A stretch of 58,645 nucleotides of DNA from Solirubrobacterales bacterium (lineage in GTDB: Bacteria > Actinomycetota > Thermoleophilia > Solirubrobacterales > 70-9). The notes under the pieces were generated by a model that was not told where the DNA came from, did not search any database, and was given only the letters and a program-made list of their open reading frames with translations. This document shows positions 18,695-26,641 of the stretch, one piece after another. The first letter of the stretch is position 1. Each line of letters starts with the position of its first letter. Location: NCBI GenBank assembly GCA_035554595.1, contig DATMIH010000170.1, positions 1-58,645 on the forward strand. The letters are read 5' to 3'. The translations under genes were made by a program, and so were the position numbers.

Positions 18695-19864
18695 ATGGCG
18701 ATCTCGGATCCGTCCAAACGACTGGAGGCGATGCCTCCCTACAAGTTCCAGGAGCTGGAGCGGACGATTGCCGACAAGCGCGCCGCCGGCATCGACGTGA
18801 TCAGCCTCGGCATCGGCGACCCCGACGAACCGACCTACCCGCACATTGTCTCGGCGATGCAGGAGGCGGTGGCCGCGCCCGGCAACCAGCAGTACCCCAG
18901 CAACCGCGGACGCGAGGAGTTCCGGGGGGCCTTCGCCGAGTTTTATGACCGCCGCTTCGGGGTCGAGATCGACCCCGAAAGCGAGGTGATCCCCGCGATC
19001 GGCGCCAAGGAGTGCATCTACAACCTCTGCTTCGCCTTCCTCGATCCCGGCGACGTGGCGCTCGCCTCCGACCCGGGCTACCCGGTCTACACCGGCGGTC
19101 CGATCCTCGCCGGAGCCTCGGCCGAGCTGCTGCCTCTGGTGCCCGATCTCGGCTTCGCGCCAGACCTCAGCGCGATCCCGGCGGACGTGGCGGCAAAGGC
19201 GCGACTGATGTTCATCAACTTCCCCAACAATCCGACCGGCGCCGTCGTACCCGAGGGCTTCTTCGAGATGGTTGTCTCCTTTGCCCGCGAGCACGAGATC
19301 CTCGTCGTCCACGACAACGCTTACTCGGAGACGACCTACGACGGCTACGTCGCGCCCAGCTTCCTCGCCACCCCCGGCGCCAAGGAGATCGGGGTCGAGG
19401 TCTTCTCACTTTCCAAGGGTTTCAACATGACCGGCTGGCGCTGCGCCGCGATCCTCGGCAACGCTGAGGCGGTGCAGACCTACTGGCGGCTCAAGACCAA
19501 CGTCGACTCAGGCCTCTTCGAGGCCGTGCAGATGGCCGGCGTCGCCGCCCTCCAGGGGCCCAGCGGGCCGCTGGGGCGGATGAACGAGACCTACACGCGC
19601 CGCCGCGACCTCGTCGTCAACGCCCTGCGCGAGATCGGGGTCGAGGTCACCGCACCAAAGGGCACGATCTACGTCTGGGCCCCCGTGCCAGAGGGTCACA
19701 CCTCGACCTCATTCGCCGAGCTCGTACTCGAAGAGGCCGCGGTGGTCGTCTCCCCAGGCTCGATGTACGGGCCCAGCGGCGAGGGCTTCTTCCGCATCTC
19801 GCTGACCACCCCCGACGACCGCATCACCGAGGCGGTTGAGCGGATGCGTAAGTACCTGAGTTGA
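18695..19864 (+). CDS. dapL: Class I/II PLP aminotransferase, most likely LL-diaminopimelate aminotransferase (DapL type)
   Basis: MPPYKFQEL..ISLGIGDPD N-terminus, NPTGAV, PLP-lysine motif SLSKGFNMTGWR, and YVWAPVPEG. Adjacent to dapF. Confidence 0.65.
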   Translation: MAISDPSKRLEAMPPYKFQELERTIADKRAAGIDVISLGIGDPDEPTYPHIVSAMQEAVAAPGNQQYPSNRGREEFRGAFAEFYDRRFGVEIDPESEVIPAIGAKECIYNLCFAFLDPGDVALASDPGYPVYTGGPILAGASAELLPLVPDLGFAPDLSAIPADVAAKARLMFINFPNNPTGAVVPEGFFEMVVSFAREHEILVVHDNAYSETTYDGYVAPSFLATPGAKEIGVEVFSLSKGFNMTGWRCAAILGNAEAVQTYWRLKTNVDSGLFEAVQMAGVAALQGPSGPLGRMNETYTRRRDLVVNALREIGVEVTAPKGTIYVWAPVPEGHTSTSFAELVLEEAAVVVSPGSMYGPSGEGFFRISLTTPDDRITEAVERMRKYLS

Positions 19865-19875
19865 TCCGAGTCCAA

Positions 19876-19895
19876 ATCATCCCGCTCGGGAAGAT
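19876..19895. promoter_or_regulatory. hipBA operator palindrome 1
   Basis: ATCATCCCGCTCGGGAAGAT with the core palindrome TCCCG-N2-CGGGA. Confidence 0.65.
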
Positions 19896-19925
19896 TTGCG
19901 AACGATACGGTCCATAAATGGGAAA

Positions 19926-19945
19926 ATCGTCCCGCTCGGGAAGAT
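19926..19945. promoter_or_regulatory. hipBA operator palindrome 2
   Basis: ATCGTCCCGCTCGGGAAGAT, 50 bp downstream of copy 1. Confidence 0.65.
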
Positions 19946-19974
19946 TCTCTGGTATTACCGGTCGATTCCCTAAT

Positions 19975-19994
19975 ATCTTCCCGAACGGGATGAT
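19975..19994. promoter_or_regulatory. hipBA operator palindrome 3 (inverted orientation, overlaps the hipB start codon)
   Basis: ATCTTCCCGAACGGGATGAT is the reverse complement of copy 1 with one mismatch. A TAATAT -10-like hexamer lies at 19971-19976. Confidence 0.6.
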
Positions 19995-20208
19995 AAGCGG
20001 CCGTATTCAAACTCCTGAGCAGTTGGGTGCTCGCATACGCGAACGGCGCGTCGACTTGCGACTGACGCAGGAGGCAACCGCTGCCGTGGCCGCGGTGACG
20101 CCGAGATTGGTGGGGGAAGTCGAGCGGGGAAAGAAGACGGCACAACTCGATGGGTTGCTTCGCATATTGGGGGCCCTGGGCATCGACGTCATCGTGCAGG
20201 CGCGATGA
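19990..20208 (+). CDS. hipB: XRE-family HTH antitoxin (HipB-like)
   Basis: Cro/C1-type HTH (LGARIRERRVDLRLTQEATA). Its stop overlaps the hipA start (ATGA). I preferred the ATG at 19990 over the track start at 19918, which would run through the operators. Confidence 0.8.
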   Translation: MISGRIQTPEQLGARIRERRVDLRLTQEATAAVAAVTPRLVGEVERGKKTAQLDGLLRILGALGIDVIVQAR

Positions 20209-21476
20209 CGTGGCTTGATGTCTATTTCCATTCCGATCGCGTCGGCCGCCTGGAACGACTGGAGCAAGCGCGTCTCAAATTTGTCTACGAGCCGAGCTGG
20301 GTGGATGCGGGCGGAGCTCCGCTCTCGCTGAGCCTGCCCGTCAGGCTCGAACCCTTCGAGGACGGTGAGTGCCGGCCCTTCTTCGCCGGTCTACTACCAG
20401 AGGGCGATTTCCTCAAATCGATAGCGCGTGCCTTTCAGGTCTCCGCCGACAACCCCTTCAGCGTTCTCACGGAGATAGGGGGGGAGTGTGCGGGCGCTGT
20501 CTCCCTGGCCTCTCCGGGAAGCGAGCCGCCCTTCGTCTCGATTGCGCCTCCTACCTGGCTCGATGACAAAGGTCTGGGCGAGCTGCTCACCGAACTTCCC
20601 AGGCGGCCCCTGCTGATCGGCCTCGACGACGAAGACGAAGGCGTACGACTCTCGCTTGCAGGGGCCCAGGACAAGCTCCCCGTTCTCGCCCGAGATACGG
20701 AACTTGGAATCACGCGAGGGCGACCCCCCAGCACGCACATCATCAAGGCCCCTATTCCCGACGTCGAGGGCATGGTCGTAAACGAGGCCTTTTGTATGGC
20801 GCTGGCGAGGGAGGTGGGACTGACCGCTGCCGATGCATGCCCAATTCGGGCGGGCGGACAGGATGCCTTGCTGGTTACGCGCTACGACCGGACGCGCACC
20901 GGCATCTCGGTTCATCGAATCCACCAGGAGGACTTCTGCCAGGCGCTCGGTTATCTGCCCGAGCAGAAGTACGAGTCGGAAGGGGGGCCCGGCATCGAAG
21001 CATGTGGGCAGCTCCTTCGCGACAGGTCGGCCGCCCCGGCCCTCGACCTCTTTACCTTTCTCGACGCCCTGATCTTCAATCTGCTGATCGGCAACGCGGA
21101 TGCTCACTCCAAGAACTACTCGCTGCTGCTGGAGGGCGAGGGATCACCACGGATGGCGCCTTTGTACGACTTGCTTTCCACGCGGGTCTACGGCCACCGG
21201 TTTGGCCGCAAGATGGCGATGAAGTACGGCGGGGAGTACAGGTATGACCGGATCCGGGGCCGCCACCTCGATCGGCTCGCCAAGGAACTGGGAGTTTCCG
21301 CCGGGTTGACAAGGCATAGGGTCGCCGATCTTTCGAGCCGGATCATCGTCTCTCGTGAGCCGGCGCGACGGCGGTTGCCGAAGGCCCGGCAGGACGCTGA
21401 GGTGATAGGCGGAATTGAAGGCGTGATCGAGGACGCCGTGCAGAGACTGGCGACGGCGATAACCGAACCCGCTTAG
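20205..21476 (+). CDS. hipA: HipA-family serine/threonine kinase toxin (type II TA)
   Basis: HipA N-terminal coupling domain, the GAQDKLPV motif, and the catalytic loop GNADAHSKNYSLL. Confidence 0.88.
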   Translation: MTWLDVYFHSDRVGRLERLEQARLKFVYEPSWVDAGGAPLSLSLPVRLEPFEDGECRPFFAGLLPEGDFLKSIARAFQVSADNPFSVLTEIGGECAGAVSLASPGSEPPFVSIAPPTWLDDKGLGELLTELPRRPLLIGLDDEDEGVRLSLAGAQDKLPVLARDTELGITRGRPPSTHIIKAPIPDVEGMVVNEAFCMALAREVGLTAADACPIRAGGQDALLVTRYDRTRTGISVHRIHQEDFCQALGYLPEQKYESEGGPGIEACGQLLRDRSAAPALDLFTFLDALIFNLLIGNADAHSKNYSLLLEGEGSPRMAPLYDLLSTRVYGHRFGRKMAMKYGGEYRYDRIRGRHLDRLAKELGVSAGLTRHRVADLSSRIIVSREPARRRLPKARQDAEVIGGIEGVIEDAVQRLATAITEPA

Positions 21477-21477
21477 A

Positions 21478-22323
21478 TCACGCCGCTTCGCGCTCGGCGT
21501 GCTTCTGCCAGTACCGGTCCAGGCCGCGCCACTGGTATTGGGGCGGGACACACTGGATCAGCTCCTCGGCGGCCTCTGGGGTGTCAGCGGCTGTCGCGAC
21601 GCGCTCGCGGTGGCGGCGCTCGTAGTCGTCCTCTGTTAGCTCGCGGGCGAGGTCGGCCTCCTCACGCAGACGCCGGCGGACTTCCTCGAGGTGCTCTATC
21701 GGCTCCTCGATCGCGCCGAAGTGGGTGACGGCGAGGCGCTCGGGGCGCCATGACTCGACCAGGTTGATCGACTCGAGCCAGGTCTCGACGTCGATGTCGG
21801 GCGGGGGAGTGGGGGGCACGACCAGGTCGACGCCGGGGATGCGGACCGCGGCGACGTCGCCAACGAAGGCGGTGCCGCTCTCCTCGTGGAAGTAACAAAC
21901 ATGGTGAGAGGCGTGGCCGGGGGTGTAGGCGACCCGCATGCCGAGCACGTCCTCGCCGCCCGCCAGTGGCTTCACGTTAGCCTCGGGCACGGGCACGATC
22001 TCGCCCCAGAGGTACTCCATCCGATCGCCGTAGAGGCGCTCGGCGCTGGACAGGAGCTTCGAAGGATCGACCAGGTGGCGCGCGCCGCGCTCGTGGACGT
22101 AGACCTCGAGTTCGGGCCAGCGTCGCACCAGGGCGCCGGTCGCGGCGGCATGATCGAGGTGAATGTGAGTCAGCAGCAGCGCCCGCGGCTGCTCGCCGTC
22201 GATCGCCTCAAGCAGTGTTTCCATCGACGACTGCGGACCCGGGTCGACCAGCGCTCCGTCGACCTCCCAGCAGCCAATGACGTGCGGCCGCCCCAAGTGC
22301 ATTACGTCGATTACCCGCATCAT
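21478..22323 (-). CDS. MBL-fold metallo-hydrolase
   Basis: HxHxDH motif (THIHLDHAAA), plus a downstream His (YTPGHASHH). Confidence 0.8.
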   Translation of the reverse strand: MMRVIDVMHLGRPHVIGCWEVDGALVDPGPQSSMETLLEAIDGEQPRALLLTHIHLDHAAATGALVRRWPELEVYVHERGARHLVDPSKLLSSAERLYGDRMEYLWGEIVPVPEANVKPLAGGEDVLGMRVAYTPGHASHHVCYFHEESGTAFVGDVAAVRIPGVDLVVPPTPPPDIDVETWLESINLVESWRPERLAVTHFGAIEEPIEHLEEVRRRLREEADLARELTEDDYERRHRERVATAADTPEAAEELIQCVPPQYQWRGLDRYWQKHAEREAA

Positions 22324-22334
22324 CGCAGCCTAAG

Positions 22335-22398
22335 GGAGCCGGGAGAGGGTCTCCCGGAGCCTCCCCGCTGTTGCTCCGGGAGACCCTCTCCCGGCTCC
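22335..22398 (-). terminator. Very long perfect hairpin between two minus-strand genes (likely terminator/attenuator)
   Basis: 26-bp perfect arms (22335-22360 / 22373-22398) with a 12-nt loop. Each arm contains a nested palindrome (CCGGGAGAGGGTCTCCCGG). It starts 1 nt after the upstream gene's stop codon. Confidence 0.6.
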
Positions 22399-22399
22399 T

Positions 22400-23395
22400 T
22401 CACGCAGCCGGATCGGGGAAACGGTCGTCCCCTTCGAGCGTCTGCCGCATGCCCTCGTCCATGCCGCGCGGCGCGTAACCCAGCTCGCGTCCGGCCTTCT
22501 CGTAACTGGCCCAGAAGGTGACGCCGTCGGCCGAGGAGATCAGCTCGCGCAGGTTGGGTGGTTGCCCCATCAGCTTGCCGACCAGCGGCCCGATCGGCGT
22601 CATCGCCTTGATCAGTGGGGTCGGCATCGCGTGTTTGGGGGCCTTGCGGCCGCTGAGGTCGGCCACGGTCTGGATCGCCTCGCGCATCGTCGTCGCCGGA
22701 CCGCTGATCACGTAGGTCTCGCCGACCTTGCCCCTGTCGAGGGCGAGGACGATGCCGGCGGCGATGTCCTCCACATGCGAGAGGCAGATACCGAGCTCGG
22801 GGAAGGGCAGGAGGAAGAGGCGACCGGCGAAGAATTCGCTCAGCAGGTCGGCGATCTGGGAGGTGTCGCCCGGCCCATAGACGCCGCCGGGCTGAACGAT
22901 CACCCCGGGGAGGCCGTCCTCGGCCATCATCCGCTTGGCGATCCGGTGGCCCTCAAGCTTGGTCTCCTCGTAGTAGGAGGTGAATTCCTTGCCGGGGTGC
23001 TCGTAGCTCTCATCGACAACCTTGCCGTGGGTGTTGCCGAAGATGCCGACGGTCGAGACGTAGACGACCTTGCCTACTTTGGCCGCGAGGGCCGCTTCAA
23101 GCACACGTTCGCTGCCGCGCACGTTGGCCTCGTACATCGCCGGGTGCTGCTTGGCCGGGATCCCGACCTCGTACATCGCCGCGGCGTGGATCAGGCCGTC
23201 GCAGCCCTCCATGCCGGAGCGCAGGGCTTCGGCGTCGCCGAGATCGCCGCTGATGAGCTCGCAGCCGAGCTCCCTCAGCTTGCTCGCTTTCTCCGGGCTG
23301 CGGACGAGGCAGACGACCTGATCGCCGCGGGCGCGCAGCTGATGCACGAGCTCGCCGCCGATGAATCCCGTTCCTCCCGTTACGAAGACCTTCAC
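22400..23395 (-). CDS. NAD-dependent epimerase/dehydratase (extended SDR)
   Basis: VTGGTGFIGG Rossmann motif at the N-terminus when started at GTG 23395, and a YxxxK motif (YYEETK). The 5' extension to 23605 in the track lacks homology and overlaps hflX. Confidence 0.8.
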   Translation of the reverse strand: MKVFVTGGTGFIGGELVHQLRARGDQVVCLVRSPEKASKLRELGCELISGDLGDAEALRSGMEGCDGLIHAAAMYEVGIPAKQHPAMYEANVRGSERVLEAALAAKVGKVVYVSTVGIFGNTHGKVVDESYEHPGKEFTSYYEETKLEGHRIAKRMMAEDGLPGVIVQPGGVYGPGDTSQIADLLSEFFAGRLFLLPFPELGICLSHVEDIAAGIVLALDRGKVGETYVISGPATTMREAIQTVADLSGRKAPKHAMPTPLIKAMTPIGPLVGKLMGQPPNLRELISSADGVTFWASYEKAGRELGYAPRGMDEGMRQTLEGDDRFPDPAA

Positions 23396-23474
23396 GGAGC
23401 GTAAGCCTAGCCACCTACAATCAAGAAAGGTGCAGCGATCGAGAAACGGGCGGAAGGTGGAAACACGCAACGGC

Positions 23475-24740
23475 ATGGGTGGCGCCGGTGTTTCCAATCC
23501 GCGCGCCCGCCAGCGCGCCCTGGCGATCGGGATTACAAGTGGGCAGGAGGAGGGCGACCCGCTTGCCGAGCTGAAGGAGCTGCTGCGCACAGCCGGCGTC
23601 GCCACCGCCGGCGAGGCGGTGCAGCAGCGCGAAAAGCCCGACCCCGACCGCTACGTCGGCCGCGGCAAGCTGACCGAGCTCAAGGCCGAGATCGAGGCCT
23701 GCGACGCCAACGTCGTCGCCGTCGACGACGAGCTGGCACCGCGTCAGGAGCGCAATCTCGAGGCCGCCCTCGGGGTGCCGGTGATCGACCGCACCGCGGT
23801 GATCCTCGACATCTTCGCCGACCACGCCCACTCGGCCGAGGGCAAGCTGCAGGTCGAGCTCGCCCAGCTCGAGTACAACCTCGCCCGCATGCGGGGTCTC
23901 TGGACCCACCTCGAGCGGCTCGGCGGTGGCATCGGTACCAGGGGCCCGGGGGAGAGCCAGATCGAGACCGACCGCCGCCTCGCCCGCGACCGCATCGCGG
24001 CGCTGCGCCGCCGCCTCGGCAGGCTCGAACGCAACCGCGGCGTGATGCGGGCCCGCCGCGAACGCTCCTCGCTGCCGCGCGTCGCTCTCGCCGGCTACAC
24101 CAACGCCGGCAAGTCGACCTTGCTCAACGCCCTCACCGGGGCCGAGGTTGGGGTCGGCGACCGGCTCTTCCATACGCTTGACCCGACCACGCGCAGCCTC
24201 GAGCTCTCCGGTCGCGACTACCTCGTCACCGACACCGTCGGTTTCATCGAGAAGCTGCCGCACCAGTTGGTCGAGGCCTTCAAGGCGACGCTGGAGGAGA
24301 CCGTGCTCGCCGACCTGATCCTTCACGTAGTCGATGCGGCGGCGCCGGAGGAGCGCCGGGTGGCCGACATGCAGGCGGTCGACGAGGTGCTGGAGGAGAT
24401 CGGCGCCGGCGAGAAGCCCCGCCTGCTCGTCCTCAACAAGGCGGACTTGCTCGACCCCGACGAGCCGGCTGAGGTGCTGCTGCGCCATCCCGGCGCGGTC
24501 CTCGTCTCGGCACTGGATGGCACCGGGCTCGACCAGCTGCGCGGCGGCATCGAGACTGCCTTCGAGGACACCCTCGCCGAGGTCGAGCTGCTGATTCCCT
24601 ACACCGAGGGCGGCCGCCTGCACGAGCTACACGAGGTTGCCGGCGAGCTGGAGCGGACCGAGCGCGAGGACGGGGTCCTGGTCCGGGCCAAGGTCCCGGT
24701 CGCCGAGCTGCATCGCTTTGACGATCTCGCCGTCGTCTAG
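23475..24740 (+). CDS. hflX: GTPase HflX
   Basis: HflX N-domain, G1 GYTNAGKST, G3 DTVGF, G4 NKAD. Start is uncertain (ATG 23475 chosen; the ORF is open from 23361). Confidence 0.88.
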   Translation: MGGAGVSNPRARQRALAIGITSGQEEGDPLAELKELLRTAGVATAGEAVQQREKPDPDRYVGRGKLTELKAEIEACDANVVAVDDELAPRQERNLEAALGVPVIDRTAVILDIFADHAHSAEGKLQVELAQLEYNLARMRGLWTHLERLGGGIGTRGPGESQIETDRRLARDRIAALRRRLGRLERNRGVMRARRERSSLPRVALAGYTNAGKSTLLNALTGAEVGVGDRLFHTLDPTTRSLELSGRDYLVTDTVGFIEKLPHQLVEAFKATLEETVLADLILHVVDAAAPEERRVADMQAVDEVLEEIGAGEKPRLLVLNKADLLDPDEPAEVLLRHPGAVLVSALDGTGLDQLRGGIETAFEDTLAEVELLIPYTEGGRLHELHEVAGELERTEREDGVLVRAKVPVAELHRFDDLAVV

Positions 24741-24750
24741 GGTTGCGCTC

Positions 24751-25182
24751 GTGAAGCTGCCGATCTCGAGGCTCAACGACGACGCCGTGCTGCCCAGCCG
24801 CGCCCACGAGGGTGACGCCGGGCTCGATCTTTATGCCTGTGAGGCTGCGCACATCGGGCCAGGGGAGCGCTGGAGCGTCGGCACCGGGATCGCGGTCGAG
24901 ATCCCCGACGGCCACGCCGGCCTGGTGCTGCCGCGCTCGGGCCTGGCCAAGCGCCACGGCATCAGCCTGGTCAACAGCCCCGGCCTGATCGACTCGGGCT
25001 ACCGCGGCGAGATTCGCGTCCTCCTGCTCAACACCGACCCGGCCGAGGTCTTTCGGGTCGCGCCCGGCGACCGCATCGCCCAGCTCGTGATCACCCCGAT
25101 CGCCCCGGCCGAGCCGGTCGAGTCTGAGGCTCTCGCCGACTCCGCCCGCGGTGACGGCGGCTTCGGCTCAAGCGGCCGCTAG
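24751..25182 (+). CDS. dut: dUTP diphosphatase
   Basis: Motifs AGLDLYA, PRSGLA and GLIDSGYRGE. GTG 24751 lies just after the hflX stop. Confidence 0.9.
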   Translation: MKLPISRLNDDAVLPSRAHEGDAGLDLYACEAAHIGPGERWSVGTGIAVEIPDGHAGLVLPRSGLAKRHGISLVNSPGLIDSGYRGEIRVLLLNTDPAEVFRVAPGDRIAQLVITPIAPAEPVESEALADSARGDGGFGSSGR

Positions 25183-25913
25183 CCCAGCGCTGCCCGCCGC
25201 GCCGACTCGTGTGCCGCACGCTCGAGCCCGTCCTCGAGCGCTCCGAGCTCGGGGCGCTTGCCATAGCGACGCTCTAGCGCAAGCGCGATCAGGTGGTCGG
25301 CCAGCCAGGCGTTCTTGGGTAGCAGCGGCCCGTGCAGGTAGGTGCCAATCAGGTTGTTGAGCCACACACCCTCGAGGCCGTCCTCGCCGTTGTTGCCGAA
25401 GCCCTTCAACACCTTGCCCAGCGCCGCCGCCCCGGCGCCGAGGTGGGTCCGGCCGCCGTGGTTCTCGAAGCCGGCGAGGACCCGCGGTCCGTCGCCGAGG
25501 TCGACCTCGATCGCGACGTTGCCGATCAGGCGCGGCCCCGGGCTGCGGACCGTCTTCAGGTCGACCAGGCCGAGCCCCGGCAGGCTCTCATCGTCAAGCT
25601 GATAACTGCTGCCGAGCAACTGGTAGCCGCCGCAGACGGCGAGCACGACGGCGCCGTCCCCGGTCGCCTCCACCATCGCGACCTGCTTGCTCTCGACCAT
25701 GTCGGCGGCCACGACCCGCTGGTCGCGATCCTGGCCGCCGCCGAGGTAGATGAAATCGTGGGCGGTGGGATCGAACTCTTCGCCGGGACCGGCACTGGCG
25801 TAGGCAAAGTCGATGCCGCGCCACTCGCAGCGCCGCTGCAGGAAGAGGACGTTGCCTCGATCGGCGTAGATGTTCATCTGCTCGGGGTAGAGGGCGAGGA
25901 AGCGGAGCTCCAT
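25179..25913 (-). CDS. gatD: Lipid II isoglutaminyl synthase glutaminase subunit GatD (CobQ-like GATase)
   Basis: YPEQMNIYADRGN N-terminus and catalytic Cys motif CGGYQLLG. Same operon as murT. The ATG overlaps the upstream stop (TGATG). Confidence 0.8.
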   Translation of the reverse strand: MELRFLALYPEQMNIYADRGNVLFLQRRCEWRGIDFAYASAGPGEEFDPTAHDFIYLGGGQDRDQRVVAADMVESKQVAMVEATGDGAVVLAVCGGYQLLGSSYQLDDESLPGLGLVDLKTVRSPGPRLIGNVAIEVDLGDGPRVLAGFENHGGRTHLGAGAAALGKVLKGFGNNGEDGLEGVWLNNLIGTYLHGPLLPKNAWLADHLIALALERRYGKRPELGALEDGLERAAHESARRAALG

Positions 25914-26641
25914 CAAGCCACCTTCTCGAAGAGAACGACGGTGGAGCCGACGTGGGCTTCGGTCGCGGGTATCTGGCGTCGCCCGCTCGGGCGCAGACCG
26001 GCGGCGCGGCCCTCTTCTTCGAGCGTCTCGGCCGAGAGCATCGCCAGCTCGAGCTCGTTCAGCTCCTCACTCATGTTGCCGTCGGGATCGACCGTCTGGC
26101 GCAGCCGGCGCAGCAGGATCGCTTCCGGCAGTGCCACTGGCTCGAGCGGCAGGCTCGAGTAGATCCAGCCTTCGATCTCGCGCACGTCGGGCAGCGGCGG
26201 CGCGCTCGTGCCTGGGGGCGGCGGATCGGGCATCTGTTCGACGATCGCGAAGGCGGCGCGCGCACCCGGCAGCATGCTGTCGACGACGCAGGAGAGGCAG
26301 GAGACCCGCTCCTGACTATCGCTGAGCAGTTGGATCAGCTGCATCGGCGCGATCACCAGGCTGAACTTGGTCGCCATCGGTTCAAAGGCGCGGATGTCCT
26401 CTTGCTCGGCGTCGGCTGTCGTCCCGTGCCCCCTTTCCCAGATCGCCTCGACCAACTTCCTGTTGTGGTCGAAGCCGATCACGAGCAGGCCGGTCTTCTC
26501 GGCGAGGTGGAGCGTGACCCGCCCGGCGCCGCAGCCGAGCTCCAGAATCGGCTTGTCGGTTCGCCCGGCGAGCTCCTCCCAGAGGGCGAGGTCGGCGGTG
26601 TAGGCGCCGCACTCAACTTCGTGCCAGATCAGGCTGTTCAC
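25913..26641 (-). CDS. Class I SAM-dependent methyltransferase inserted between murT and gatD
   Basis: Motif I ILELGCGAGR and an acidic motif II (VIGFDHN). GTGA overlap with the murT stop and TGATG overlap with the gatD start. Confidence 0.8.
   Translation of the reverse strand: MNSLIWHEVECGAYTADLALWEELAGRTDKPILELGCGAGRVTLHLAEKTGLLVIGFDHNRKLVEAIWERGHGTTADAEQEDIRAFEPMATKFSLVIAPMQLIQLLSDSQERVSCLSCVVDSMLPGARAAFAIVEQMPDPPPPGTSAPPLPDVREIEGWIYSSLPLEPVALPEAILLRRLRQTVDPDGNMSEELNELELAMLSAETLEEEGRAAGLRPSGRRQIPATEAHVGSTVVLFEKVA

Noticed and set aside
17648-19312. 554-aa minus-strand ORF across dapF/dapL
   Set aside because: It is antisense to two genes with clear family motifs. Its composition (G/A/R/D/V-rich, no motifs) is typical of shadow ORFs in high-GC DNA.
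23421-24623. 400-aa minus-strand ORF antisense to hflX
   Set aside because: The HflX GTPase motifs on the plus strand are unambiguous. The antisense product is low-complexity.
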